Positions 1 to 12,833 are shown, numbered from the stretch's first letter. The stretch is DNA of 64,000 nt from Balanoglossus misakiensis (GCA_040954595.2 CM082594.2:4201319-4265318); one strand, 5' to 3'. The notes: generated by a model not told the origin, from the letters alone. A program made the numbers and translations.

Positions 1-304
1 TTTGGCGCTCTTTTTTTCGCGTGTGCCACTGCCACCCACTGAAAATCTGTGATTGGCTAGATCTCAATTTGTCATGGTAACTATAGCTAATTTTCCATAG
101 GTGACCGTAAACCTTTAGGCCATACACATTAGAATAATTGTTTTTAAATTGCATGATTGTGTACCCATGTCAAATCTGTGAGAAATATCGGCCATACATC
201 CTTTCAGGCTTTTACTGTCAACTCAAGTACAAAGACAAAATGTGAAAAATTTCAATGCTCAGAACAGTAAGCTATGGGGTAACAAGTTTCAATATCATGT
301 AAAG

Positions 305-468
305 TACCGTAAAACACTTTATTTTCGCGAGTTGAAATTTTCGCGATATCGAGAGAGGCGACTGTTTCGCGAGTATTAATTTTTAGCAACTTTTTATTTT
401 CACGCTATTTTGGCTCTCGCGTATTTCGCGAAAATTCATTGCTCGCGAAAATAAAGTGTTTTACAGTA
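305..468. mobile_element. MITE family A (TA target site duplication, CYGTA termini; Tc2/pogo-like)
   Basis: TA|CCGTAAAACACTTTATTTTCGCGAG...CTCGCGAAAATAAAGTGTTTTACAG|TA, terminal inverted repeats of about 25 bp. Confidence 0.85.
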
Positions 469-939
469 TATACCATATTCAATGTATTTTTAGTAACACC
501 CATTGCCTGGAACTGGAAGTAATATAAGTATGCGCTTATTATTTATAACTGTTCAAGGATTCCAGGCCTGACCTGGTTTTTGCCCACAGTTCAAATATTA
601 CTGACATTTCAATTATTTAACCTGCAGTATTTAGATTATTGCTGACATAAATCTATCTGATTAGATAAATGGAGTTCAATCAATATTTACTTTCACTTAT
701 TTGTATTTAGCTGGCAGCTACTTTTCACTGTAAAAGATATTAAATTGCGTGATATTTGTTTCTGTTGACGTCAGAGTCTGCGATGACCGAAGCTGTTTTG
801 ATTGTGTGTCATGTCGCAGAGCAAAAATAGGTAGCATAGAATGAGCTGGCATGACTGTGTATTTCACTGAAAGTAAGGCCGGGTCATTCTTTTCATAACT
901 ATAAATGGGTTGTCAGTCTCATATGTTGAATCATGGAGG

Positions 940-1470
940 TCACATCTCAACCATAGCAGTGGGTGTATCTTACATGATTCACCACATAGGAGTGTGTTTC
1001 ACAGATATCTGCCATACACCATACAATGGTGAGTCTCATACATGTATCTGCCATATACTTGTAAGTTGTAGACTACTAGAGCAAGTCTCACAGATATCTG
1101 CCATATAGCTGCAAGAATCTAACAGATACATGTATCTGCCATGTAGCAATGTGGAGAATCTCACAGATATCAGTCACACAGTGGTTAGTCTCATATCTGC
1201 CATATACTAGTAATAGAATAGAGCAAGTCACACAGATATCTGCCATATGGCCGCGGGAATCTAATAGATATCTGCCATATAGCAGTGTGAGTCTTGCAGA
1301 TATCTGTCACACAGTGGTGATTTTCATACAAGCTACCATAGAGCAATTAAGTCACACAGATATCTGCCATATAGCTGTGGGAATCTTACAGATATCTCAA
1401 TCTGCCATATAGCAGTGTGGGTCTCACAGATATCTATCACACTGTGGTGAGTCTTATAATCGCCATACAT
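940..1470. repeat. Degenerate tandem array with a palindromic CAGATATCTG core
   Basis: About 12 occurrences of (T)CACAGATATCTGCCATA or variants, spaced roughly 30-60 bp apart. Confidence 0.8.
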
Positions 1471-3215
1471 AGAGTTATCTACACCCTGTGTTTTGTTCGA
1501 CAAGCCACAACAAAGCTGTGGAGCTGATACTGGGCTCACCACAATTATACCCTCACTATTCATGCATTCAAATGTTGTATAATCACCCATATTATTTCCA
1601 TTTGCTTGTTTTGTTTATTAAATATAATTGCGACCACCAACTATAATATTAAAGATTATGCAATAAAATCTGTAACAAGTGTATGTGTCTATAAAATTGA
1701 CAAATCAATTTTGCTGGTGATACAGTAATATAAAAATTAAGCCTCAAATCAGAGTATCTACCATGGCAACTTAATAATGTTCACATATATATTGGCAAGC
1801 TGAAGCACTTTTATTATTCACCAATAATAATTTTGTCCTATTAGTTTTTTTTAGTATTTCATTATATTACATTACATAATACCTCACAAGATTGATTAGT
1901 AATAATACTACATGTAGAGTAATGAATACACATTTTAAGTCACTTGAAATCTCCCCAAACTGTCTTGTGAAATTGATACATTGGTATTAACTAAATTGCA
2001 TTAATATGCGAGGCAATTAAACTAACCATAACAAACAAACAGGACAAACGTTTTATTTCTGTCATGATATTTCATCGATTGTGTATGTTTCTATAGTATG
2101 TAAATTTATCCAGTATTTGGCAACCAATGGGAACGACCGTGAAAGCCACATATGGTATCATCACTATGTGTATGTATTGTCAACACATTGCTGTATGGTG
2201 TGTGGTATGGCCAGCCTAAATTCAGTTTCTGAATAGCAAATTCTCAATGCTGACACTGCTATGAGCTACAGTCCCTAGACATGTCCAAAGGGCTGGCACA
2301 CAATCTCCGAAACCCAATCTGAAGAATACCGCCTGGCCCACTATCATGGAACAACAATGTTATGTGTGCATCAGTCGGACCATGCATACATACATACATA
2401 TTGTGGACTCAGGACCACGCTCCTCAGCAAACTAAACATTCCAACACACACGGTACACAAAGATGGACTCTGTGAACTGTATCACAGCTCCCCACGTGAT
2501 TTTGTTGGTTTTTCAGCAGTTGTTGTGCACACTAAGTAGAAATGACACAGCAACAACTGGACCCTGCTCGGTGTCTAACAAGGTTTACAAAAGGTCAATT
2601 CACCTTTAAAAGTACATATGTTGGTCTAGGAAATGTAACAAGTGCTAGTAAATTTAAGCTCAGAATATACTGGTAGTCTGATACTACCGATAGAGACTTA
2701 CAAAAGCAGGAAGCTTGCACTAATATGCAGTGATAATGGACTCTTGAAACCAACATTGGTATAACATCATATTGTACACACAATTAACATGGTCTGGGCT
2801 ATTATGACTTTGTTCTGTGTCTCTTGGCACAGTATTTTACATGTAAATTAGTGGCACACTGAATGATTATATCCAACAAGAAGATCTGGATAAATTTTGC
2901 TGTATATAGAATTGCTTTCCGATAATCACTCACTGCTTGGTGCATGAGTATAGATTGAAACTGCTCTGTTCCCCCGTGTCTGGCTCAGCAAGCATTAAAA
3001 ACCACAACCGACATGTCTCCCCATGCATTCAAAATCGAAATCTGCCGCACACATGTATCACAACCATTGCAATGACTGGCACAGTTTCATGCCAAAATGC
3101 AATCATTATACCACAATAAGAATGACATTTGAAATGTCATATCTCCATCACCCCAACTAACCAATACAATTAAAGAAACAAAAGGAGTCGGCCCACCTGT
3201 TACATGTACACAATA

Positions 3216-3436
3216 TACTGTAAAACGGGTTATTTTCGCGACAGGAAATTTTCGCGATATCAAAGATATCAAAGGCAACTGTTACGCGGGGATTAATTTT
3301 CATGCTCTCGTATTTCACTATTAAACTGCATCGTTATCTCCAAGAAACATTTTACGCGACTTCTTATTTTCATGTTTTTGGCTCTCGCGTATTTCGCGAA
3401 AATTTATTGCTCGCGAAAATAACCCATTTTACAGTA
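3216..3436. mobile_element. MITE family A copy
   Basis: TA|CTGTAAAACGGGTTATTTTCGCG...CGCGAAAATAACCCATTTTACAG|TA. Confidence 0.85.
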
Positions 3437-3685
3437 AATTAGAATTTTCATGGTGCCAGTGTGTGTAATCTGGCTACACTGACATTTGATACAAAACTGG
3501 AGCTCAAGGATGATATTTCAGTGCACTAGAACGATTATTTACAAAACGTACACAAGTCACTTCCTTTGTCTGACTCACGGTCACATACCTGTTACTATCT
3601 AAAGAACTAATACAACAACAACAACAAGCCCACCAACTATCCAAACACCAAAAATGGTGTCCCAATGTCATGCACAAGTTCATCA

Positions 3686-4580
3686 TAATCCCACACTATG
3701 GAGACTCCATACATAAATTCCCATACAATGAATCCCCATACATAAATCCCACACTATGGAGACTCCATACATAAATTCCCATACAATGAATCCCCATACA
3801 TAAATCCCACACTATGGAGACTCCATACATAAATTCCCATACAATGAATCCCCATACATAAATCCCACACTATGGAGACTCCATACATAAATTCCCATAC
3901 AATGAATCCCCATACATAAATCCCACACTATGGAGACTCCATACATAAATTCCCATACAATGAATCCCCATAAATAAATCCCACACTATGGAGACTCCAT
4001 ACATAAATTCCCATACAATGAATCCCCATAAATAAATCCCACACTATGGAGACTCCATACATAAATTCCCATACAATGAATCCCCATACATAAATCACCA
4101 CACTATGGAGACTCCATACATAAATTCCCATACAATGAATCCCCATAAATAAATCCCACTCTATGGAGACTCCATACATAAATTCCCATACAATGAATCC
4201 CCATAAATAAATCCCACACTATGGAGACTCCATACATAAATTCCCATACAATGAATCCCCATACATAAATCACCACACTATGGAGACTCCATACATAAAT
4301 TCCCATACAATGAATCCCCATAAATAAATCCCACTCTATGGAGACTCCATACATAAATTCCCATACAATGAATCCCCATAAATAAATCCCACACTATGGA
4401 GACTCCATACATAAATTCCCATACAATGAATCCCCATACATAAATCACCACACTATGGAGACTCCATACATAAATTCCCATACAATGAATCCCCATACAT
4501 AAATCACCACACCATGAGTCTCCATACATAAACTCCCACACAATGAACCCCCATATTTAAATCCCACCATGAATCCACAT
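3686..4580. repeat. 58-bp minisatellite (two 29-bp sub-units), about 15 copies, with a 175-bp higher-order unit
   Basis: Unit AAATCCCACACTATGGAGACTCCATACAT+AAATTCCCATACAATGAATCCCCATACAT. Identical ORF translations recur at a 175-bp offset (3928/4103/4278). Confidence 0.97.
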
Positions 4581-4957
4581 ACAAAAGAATCCAAACAAAC
4601 ATCTCATTTTTCTGTCCTGGGCATTGCACTATTTGAAATAGCCACTAAAGTCAGTGCACCTGAAGAAAATGTTTCCTGCCAGATGACATTCTGACAGTGA
4701 AAAATCTCTACCAGTAACTACAAGGGCTAAACACGGTTACTAGAAGATAACCATGGGCTAAACCTTCACAGTTCCAATGGTCTCCATGTTTGTCCTTGTG
4801 TCCTAACAAAACAATGGTATGAGTGTCCTCAGATGGCCTTCAACCAATCTCTACCTCCCATCAAGTACAACTTCAAGCTCACGTTTTATACCAAATATTT
4901 TTTTCTGCTATCAATATAAAGCTACATGTACAGTTGCCATGTATGTACATGCATGCT

Positions 4958-4959
<2 letters not shown>

Positions 4960-4989
<30 letters not shown>

Positions 4990-5135
4990 TGTATGTATGT
5001 ATGTATGTATGTATGTATGTATGTATGTATGTATGTATGTATGTATGTACTAGTATGTATGTATGTATGTATGTATGTATGTATGTATGTATGTATGTAT
5101 GTATGTATGTATGTATGTATGTATGTATGTATGTA
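4960..5135. repeat. (TGTA)n microsatellite
   Basis: Direct reading; one interruption at about 5049. Confidence 0.98.
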
Positions 5136-5213
5136 TACATGATTGTATGTTGTAAGGTTAGGTAGGTATATACATACATACATACATACAATGTATGCAT
5201 GCATGCACGCACA

Positions 5214-5396
5214 TACAGTCAAACCTCTGTTAGTGACCACCTCTATATAGTGACCACCTCTATATAGTGGCCACTATGTTACAGTCCCTGTGCAACTTAC
5301 ATGTGCATTAATTGACCTGTCTATAAAGACCACCTGTCTATAAAGACCAGTTTATGAAGGTCCCTTGACTGGCCACTATACACAGGTTTGACTGTA
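5214..5396. mobile_element. MITE family B (TA target site duplication, CAGTC termini; Tigger/pogo-like)
   Basis: TA|CAGTCAAACCT...AGGTTTGACTG|TA with internal GACCAC(C/T)...TATA sub-repeats. Related copies at 15088-~15170 (truncated), 16380-16565 and 35701-35866. Confidence 0.85.
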
Positions 5397-6261
5397 CATA
5401 CAAACTAATGTTCTCCCCAGAGCAATAACAGTACTGACAGATACCCTTTAATTTTGGGGAAATATTCATTACCATAAGAACTGATATCACTGTTATGCAA
5501 ATCAACTGATAATGTATCCAATGCCTGAGAAGGACACTGCATGCAAATGTTTACTTTATTTATATACATGTAAATGTACATGAACATATATTTTAGTAAG
5601 ATTATGTTGTCACTGGTATCATTATGTGTGGTTGTTGTTGATCATAACAATGGATGAATAGATGGATGGATGGTTTAGCTTGATAATTAGATTGATGGAC
5701 AGATGAAAGGTTAGGTGGACAGATATAAAATGCATCACATTAGACTAGAACATGGAAGAGTGTATGCTCAATTTTTTTAGTATCTATAAATATTTTTAAT
5801 ACATCTGGATGGATGTAAGTGTAAATTTCTTTGCCATATGCTTGTTGGATTCATTTACATTTTCCAATTTGCTTCAGTGTTTTGTGAGTATATCTGTAGT
5901 GTTTTGGGGTCATTATGAGGCAAAGTATGCAATAGTACAATCAGTTATTGTATGATCATAATTTTGCCCGCTAACCAGTGCTGTTTTACCCTTGTTATGA
6001 AAAGTATGTTACAATTATTGTGTAAAAAAATCAATCAATTTTTTTTCAATCTGTGAGGGTACTGGATATTGGCCAATAGTCAATACTTCAGCACTCTGAC
6101 TAGGTCAAATCTGTTGTGTTTCATGAGGTCATTACAGCACACACAGTCCCATGATTAAGAAATGTCAAAACAGGGAAAGCGTATGCCATTTCTACTAAAT
6201 GCATGTAGAATTGGCAAAATTTATCATGTGTCAACATACCAGCATATCTGTAATTATATTA

Positions 6262-6551
6262 TACAAGTATATTGATGGTGTAAATCACGCTATTTGATTG
6301 GTCGAGACGTGACACGTGACCGTGATATATTAGCCATATACCACAGTCATATATCATAGTCAAAGAAAATGCCTTTTTAAAATGTTTTATGCAAAGTTTC
6401 AATATACTGGCATAAAATAATAGCAATAAAACACCCCAGCCATGTTATACCACTCGATTTTGACCAGTTCAACTGGTCGCTCGTGCGTATATGTCGTGAA
6501 CTGGTCAAAATCTCGTGGTATACCATGGCTGGGGGTGCTTTATTGCTTAAA
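6262..6551. mobile_element. Element with a long sub-terminal hairpin, resembling non-autonomous Crypton-type repeats
   Basis: Inverted arms of about 50 bp, AGCAATAAAACACCCCCAGCCATG...GACCAGTTCA / TGAACTGGTC...CATGGCTGGGGGTGCTTTATTGCT (6422-6547), with upstream GATTGGTCGAG...CACGTG. The family assignment is from recollection of similar repeats and is not verified. Confidence 0.55.
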
Positions 6552-7031
6552 CAGTGCATAGTGCATTTCCTCGATTGTATTTACAAGTGGCAATGCACAT
6601 ACTGTAATTTTGCCCAATTTCACAGGTTAACCTCCATCTGTTTTCCAGCTCATGTTTACACATATCTTCTGTAATAATACCCAGCTTTGTATAATATCGG
6701 TTTATATTTTCTTGACGCCACTGCCAAACTGTGGCACAGCTCAGAAATTACCAAACAACGAACGAGGGCAGAACAACAACCTAATCATAGGGCTTCGTCT
6801 GATTCGTGTTGTCTTTGGTTTATCGTTAAGTACCCAATAGAAATAACACCCTTAAAACATAAAATCGACCCTTTCATGATCATATGTGACTAAAACCGCG
6901 ATAACAGATAATTTTTGACGATTGAAACGTCAGTTTTAACAACAGAAGCTGGGTGTCAGGTCGTTGACAATGACATCAGATTCACGTACGTGTATGTATT
7001 ATTTTAAAACTATCCAATGTTATTTCCCTAC

Positions 7032-7227
7032 CTTTGTAGTGAACTCTCAAGTTGTTTTGGGACAATCCTATGAAGTTATATTTGTCTTTTGGGCTCCATG
7101 ACTTTGGGAGAGGTGTTTCTTCTTCGTTCACGGCTGGGTAGAGTAGCTTTAGGGGGTCAACGAGGCTAGAATTACTGTTGTTTTTACCAATTTCGCCGAT
7201 TCCAATACCAGCTCCGTTCTCCGCCAT
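7032..7227 (-). CDS. RANBP9: Ran-binding protein 9/10 (CTLH complex scaffold), first coding exon; the gene continues off the left edge
   Basis: Translation MAENGAG...[41 protein letters not shown] matches the conserved pre-SPRY segment of RanBP9/RanBP10. ATG in AAGATGGCGG context at 7227; GT donor after 7032. No next exon recognised in 1-7031. RANBP9 versus RANBP10 cannot be distinguished (probably a single pro-orthologue). Confidence 0.9.
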
Positions 7228-10200
7228 CTTGAATCTATTAATTTCCGCTGTACACAAAAGATCGACCATTTGGTTATTCGTAGTTCGCATTAGCTACCAA
7301 CAACAAAGGTTTATCGTAAAATAATGACTCTATTTGGGTAAAATTTGGAATAAATTTCAACTTAAAATTAATTTTGATTTTTCAACATAATAATATACCA
7401 TTATTTTACTTATAAAGAAAAGTTATGTGCGAAAAATATTCTACGAATGCATCCATCCTGAACGAAGTACAAGTTATAAATTTAATAACGTTAATAGCTT
7501 ATTCGTTATTAAAATGGCACTTTGCAATTTGATGTTATTTAAATCATAATGAATAAATGCTGTCGCGTTTAAGCGGCATTTTCCCCAAACCATACAACAA
7601 ATTTACTTGGAGAAGACTTTTTTTAATCCCGTGAATGTTGATTTCTAGTTGCACAGTCACAGTCATCTGAGAATATAAAGGTGATGTAAGAAAACTTATT
7701 TCCCCCCAAAAGAATAAAATTAAAAATAAATAAATAAATACAAAACACTTCTTTGTGAGGGGAGACGAAGAAAATCTTTCCAAATATTGCTATATTGTCA
7801 TATTTAATGCCTATGGTGATATTTCAATGATTTTGAGAAACTTTCTCAGAAAGTTGATAAGTTTCCTCTCTCGACTGGAAATGTGCTCGGTCTGTTCAAA
7901 CTTTTATTTCAGCTTAATTAACTTATTAATTAACTTATTTCCGCCACCCCACGCGAGGATTAATCCATACAAAGAACAAGGAAATGGGGGAAGGCAACGA
8001 ATGAGGAAGCGAAGATTGTAATGATGAAGGTGATTTAGGCATGTAGACCAAATCGCACTTGAAGACATCCAAGATTTAAATAGAAAGAAATTTTGCAGCA
8101 AAGTATTATTCTTATCTCATTAACTTGTACAATTATGTGAATGCAATATATTCACGGATGGGCATTCAAATACTTATATTTAGTTGAAAAGTATAAAATT
8201 GTTCCAAATCACACGTAACTCTGTCGACGTCAGAAGTTTAGTCGCTTGGTGGCGCTCTGCCCCATAATAAAGTTTCGTTGATTTTGATATTGCAGAAATT
8301 TTAAAATTATCGGCGTTTTATTCACTGTTTCTTATATTCCAAGACAGTTGGCGACATACATTTTAACATCGAAACATAAAACATCAATACAACTCGGTCT
8401 TCTTTATCGGGACTTTCCCCTTGCACCTGAGCAAGATCGGGTGGTATGAACTAACAACGTTAATATTATATTATTCGCGTGAAAGAAAACTGGTTTCGAA
8501 TGTGCCGCCGTTTTATCATGTTTATACTTTCGTGCGATACACGCGTGTGAAGATTTATGAACAGTCACGGAATAGGACCAAAACCGAAATCTTTTATATA
8601 TACTGTCATGTCATTTTGTGTAATTAACAGAAAACCTTTGAACTTTTCTTTCTAGTTACCAATACAGCACATCTCAATACAACATCAAAAGTTTGTTTCA
8701 CCACCAATTTTTTGTATGAAATCAAGAGCTGGTATAAGTGTCATTGCTCCGAAGCAACGAAATATTAGCCTCTTGGCATAAGAACACGATAACCTTAATT
8801 TTTTTGTCTTTTTCAAGTTAAGATTTAAAAGCAATATTTGTCAACAAGCCCATAGACTATGACATGCTTGTACAAGTAATAATTTGGGTCGACAGGGTAA
8901 TAAACACGATCGTCGTTTTTCTCAATTCAAGTGTAACAACGAGCGATCATAGATGAGGTGAAATAATTTCAAATGTAGATGTCTGCAGCTCCCTTGACGA
9001 CTGATTTTTGACGCTCAGTGCGGGCGTCCTCTACGACGGGCTATACACTACTTTTCGTTTCTGTTTACTTGAAAACTGACTTAGGGAGACGGTCTACGTC
9101 ATTGTCATTGGTAGTTTTCAGATCTCTGGTGTGGTTGGGACAGGAATGAACGTTGTTTAGCTCGGAAAAACACGAATAATTGATGAGACTTGAGGACAAT
9201 TCATTTTGGCACAAAATGCTTCAAGAAATCTACATCCACTGGTTTAATATGTACAGCTTGGCTTTAATAGTGTTTATTGCACTTTGCATTTTGGAAACGT
9301 TCAAATTGATATGCACTTACGGTCACATACCATTAACAAGACAATAGTTTTTGACACTTTTTGCATATACAGTAGAAGCGAGATGTCTACTCTCAATTAG
9401 AGGTCAAGTGACAATGAAACAATTACATAATGCTTTGGAGAAAATGGACATTGTTTTGGTGTGGAAATGTTTACACCAAATTGTCCGGACCTGGTCAGGC
9501 CATGGGCGGTGTCACCCTTTTCATGGAAGTTAAACATACTAAGCTCTGTACAATGTGCTTTTTTCCCATCTTGACATAATTTTCACATCTCTGTCAGCTT
9601 TGTAGTTGAAATAAATGAGTCTAGAATTGCAATAAAGTTTATATATTGGTGTTGGAAATCTTGGTTGTGTCTGTTCCGTGCACTGAAATACACACCATCC
9701 CCCTTTTAATGGACAAGATCTCCCCTGGTTCGTAATATGCTAATTGGACCCTACATTATGTTTTGGATCGCAACAAAATTTACATTTGAAAACCTTACGT
9801 TTCTACAGGAGGGGAACGCAATCTTCATTAGCAATGCAATCAGGAAAGATGTTTATAAAGGAACGTTGGCAAAGATCCAATCTTGGGGAATGTTTACCTT
9901 CGACAAAAATCCAGTTTTGGTACTGGCAGTTTAAAGTAACTTGCACTGTATGAATTAAGAAATTTATCTTCTTAGGAGGATTAACCCTTCCACTGTTTTC
10001 AATGGTAAAGTTGGACCTCTATGTGGGAAATGGGATGAAAAAAGACTATCTGAACTCCCCATGGTCAAATACTTCAAGATATTGGCCCACATTTTGGACA
10101 CCTGATATTTACTGCACCAGACATTCCTATTGATGGCCAACTGTGAGGTGACATTTCTCTTTAATGACAGGAAGCTATTAATGTTTCACATTGGCCTTGG

Positions 10201-11348
10201 CTACAAAAACAAAAACAATCCAGCCATTTCCCAATCTGATTAAATTTTAATCAGATAGGACATTTCCTCGCTGTCATCTATCAAGCTCAGTCAGTTTGAA
10301 AGAATGCACACTTTTATGCAAACATGTTTGCAATGACGAAATGAGACTGGCTGTTCTTTTGTGCTGTTTCTGTGACAACCAACACAATTTTCCAGGTACC
10401 ATATGGAGAGTTGAGATCTAGCCAATCACAGGTTCTAATGGGCAGCCTCCTGAAAAAAGGGCACCACCATACGGTCAGTTGAATACAATGTACTTAGAAA
10501 CATTCTTTTGACCACGTATGAGCATACATCAATATTCAAAGTGATTGTATCCCTTTGACTGGCTACAGTTATCAGACAAAAAAAGAACAGAATTTGAACG
10601 AAAAGTAATTATGCTCTTTTAGCACTGAACAAAACAGGCCTAAATCACTCAGTGTATACACGTACCAGAAGTTTAATGCTGGCTTGAATAACAGCGTTCT
10701 TCAAATGAAGTTGAAAAAAAAAGACATTCGGACTGTGTACATAACGTATTCAAAATTTTCATCTCACAAATATCATTTTTGTATTTGAAGTAAACACATT
10801 CATTGCTTACAGTCACAAAATGCCGGCTGACTGGAGGAATGTATTGCACAACAAACATACCTGGTTGATTCCCTGGTATATAGAAACATTCAACAGAAAC
10901 AAAAAATTGGCATATAAATGTACAAGTTATCCGGTGTCAAAAATGACACCATTTTAAAAATACACAAATTTAAAACCAATTTATCACCATGCGCTCTATC
11001 CCTAGCTTTTCTGATGTTAGTAAATTTAATGAATTGGATTTGAGAATAAAAAATTGTACCGATAGGTAGAGCCCCTCTCTCCATAGAGAAGGTACTTTGC
11101 ATTTCTTCTTGGCAAACATGAATACCATACCAAAATGGTATAGGGTATTGTGTCATGGAAAGGCAGGAAATGTGACAAATTGAACTATTGGAATCGCCTA
11201 CGACTTGTGTAATACGCCACATATACAAAGCCCTCATACATACATGGCCGTATTTTGTGAATAAAGCTTTATACATAACATTGTCTCCATCAAAATTAAA
11301 CTGTGATGCATTGTCCCTGTAGACAGTGTACTGTCATCAAACATTCAG

Positions 11349-12833
11349 CTATTTTAGTAAATTCTTTTTGTCATCATGATCGTTGCTAAGTTTTGGGATT
11401 TGATTAAGAAGACTGTGGCTCATGTCTGTCAGTTCCTTTTCGCTGCGAGCGCGCTGGTAACCGAAGTGGTCCAGTACGGCGCCGCACGACTCTAAGTCCT
11501 CTATCTTCTGAGCCACGGCAAACGGAAGTTTGGACCTCCACGCCTGGAAGATGGCGGAGGAGTTTCGCTGGGTGGAGTAGCCGTCGCTCTTGGTCGGATT
11601 GACGTTGGAATTGGCCTCGATCCACTGCCGGACGCTCTCCGGCAGCTCCCCCAGTCCCAGGTTTCCGTACAGCTCCCGGGCGACCGGCAACGGGCTCTCA
11701 GCCAGATCCTCGTACCGCACCAGGAAGTACTTCCCGGAATCGCTCAGCCACTGGAGGTTTCGCGACGCCTCGTGGCTGTCCCTCATTCCCTGGCAAAAGT
11801 TGATCATGTTGACTCTCTGCTGATCGTCGAAACTATACTCAAGCTTCTCGCTCTGCACCCGGGAGTTGTAGACAGCCCGGGGATCTCGAACCAGGTGTAC
11901 GAGTTTAACATTCAAAGTAGGATCGGACATAACAGCAGCCAGGCTTCGAATGTCGACCACTCTGATAATTTTGACCGCAATGTGTCTTTTTTGGTGACAC
12001 CAATCCAGAAACACTTTCGGTGTTATTTTCGGACACCTTTTCACAGAGTGTCTATCTACCTTCGGCTGCTGGCAAAACGGTGGTGAGCTGAGCACTTTAC
12101 TCGAAGAACGGTGCAAACCTTCCTTGTTGTAAAAATCAATTAAACGCCGCGTACCTTTAAGTTTACATTTAAAAATATTGCTCAACGTCTCGCTGGCCTG
12201 ATTCTGTAGTTCTTTATAATCCATGTAATACTCTAAGAGTTTCAGCGGTTCAAAATGGAAGAACACGTCTGTGTTGTGGTTGAAAATTTGTCCCAGAAAG
12301 CTCGATCCAGACCGTCTCTTGGTAAATATGACGACGTGAATGGGGGCGTTTTCTTTGGCAGCTGTCATTTCCTCTTTGGGTTCATTTTGAATACCGGCGA
12401 TGTCGGCTCTGGGGTTCAAGTTCGTTTCTGCATCAAAGAGCGAATTCACGAACTCCTTGACATCCGAATGAGTCGTACTGGAAACGTTGCCAGTACGTGA
12501 AACGTCGTGTCCTTCAAGAAGAATATGCGCCAATTTTTCGTCTGAACCCGGAACGCGGTTCGCATTCACACCTTCAGCCCCGCCAACTTCCTGCAGCTCC
12601 TTCACTTGGTGGAAATGCACCGGGTCGTACATGGCCCTCCGGAGTTCATCTTCCGGAAGGTGCAACTTGACCAGGCCCTCAGAGTCGGACTCAGATTCAG
12701 ATTCGGAGGAGAGTACGTGGTCGGAGGTCGCGTGCCAGAGGTGGGTGCCGACACCGGCGAAGACCACGCAGCTTGCAGCCACTGCCACCACGAAGAGGCA
12801 TTTCAACCGCACGCGAACCATACCGAAAACCAT
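11349..12833 (-). CDS. Golgi carbohydrate (Gal/GlcNAc) 6-O-sulfotransferase, CHST1/CHST3-6 family; single coding exon
   Basis: Long ORF with a type II signal anchor (LFVVAVAASCVVFAGVG), 5'-PSB motif KRRSGSSFLG, FHFEPL, 3'-PB motif HLVRDPRAVYNSR and VRYEDLA. A splice acceptor (ttttcctttcctcag) just upstream places the start ATG at 12833 rather than the ORF-track 12872. Confidence 0.92.
   Translation of the reverse strand: MVFGMVRVRLKCLFVVAVAASCVVFAGVGTHLWHATSDHVLSSESESESDSEGLVKLHLPEDELRRAMYDPVHFHQVKELQEVGGAEGVNANRVPGSDEKLAHILLEGHDVSRTGNVSSTTHSDVKEFVNSLFDAETNLNPRADIAGIQNEPKEEMTAAKENAPIHVVIFTKRRSGSSFLGQIFNHNTDVFFHFEPLKLLEYYMDYKELQNQASETLSNIFKCKLKGTRRLIDFYNKEGLHRSSSKVLSSPPFCQQPKVDRHSVKRCPKITPKVFLDWCHQKRHIAVKIIRVVDIRSLAAVMSDPTLNVKLVHLVRDPRAVYNSRVQSEKLEYSFDDQQRVNMINFCQGMRDSHEASRNLQWLSDSGKYFLVRYEDLAESPLPVARELYGNLGLGELPESVRQWIEANSNVNPTKSDGYSTQRNSSAIFQAWRSKLPFAVAQKIEDLESCGAVLDHFGYQRARSEKELTDMSHSLLNQIPKLSNDHDDKKNLLK

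Noticed and set aside
940-1470. CRISPR-like repeat/spacer array
   Set aside because: Eukaryotic intron, no cas genes, degenerate repeats, and the linkers are related to each other rather than unique spacers.
3928-4541. Repeated 83-87 aa ORFs (MYGVSIEWDLF...)
   Set aside because: Translations of the minisatellite.
4819-5240. MYVC/YIHT repeat ORFs
   Set aside because: Translations of the (TGTA)n microsatellite.
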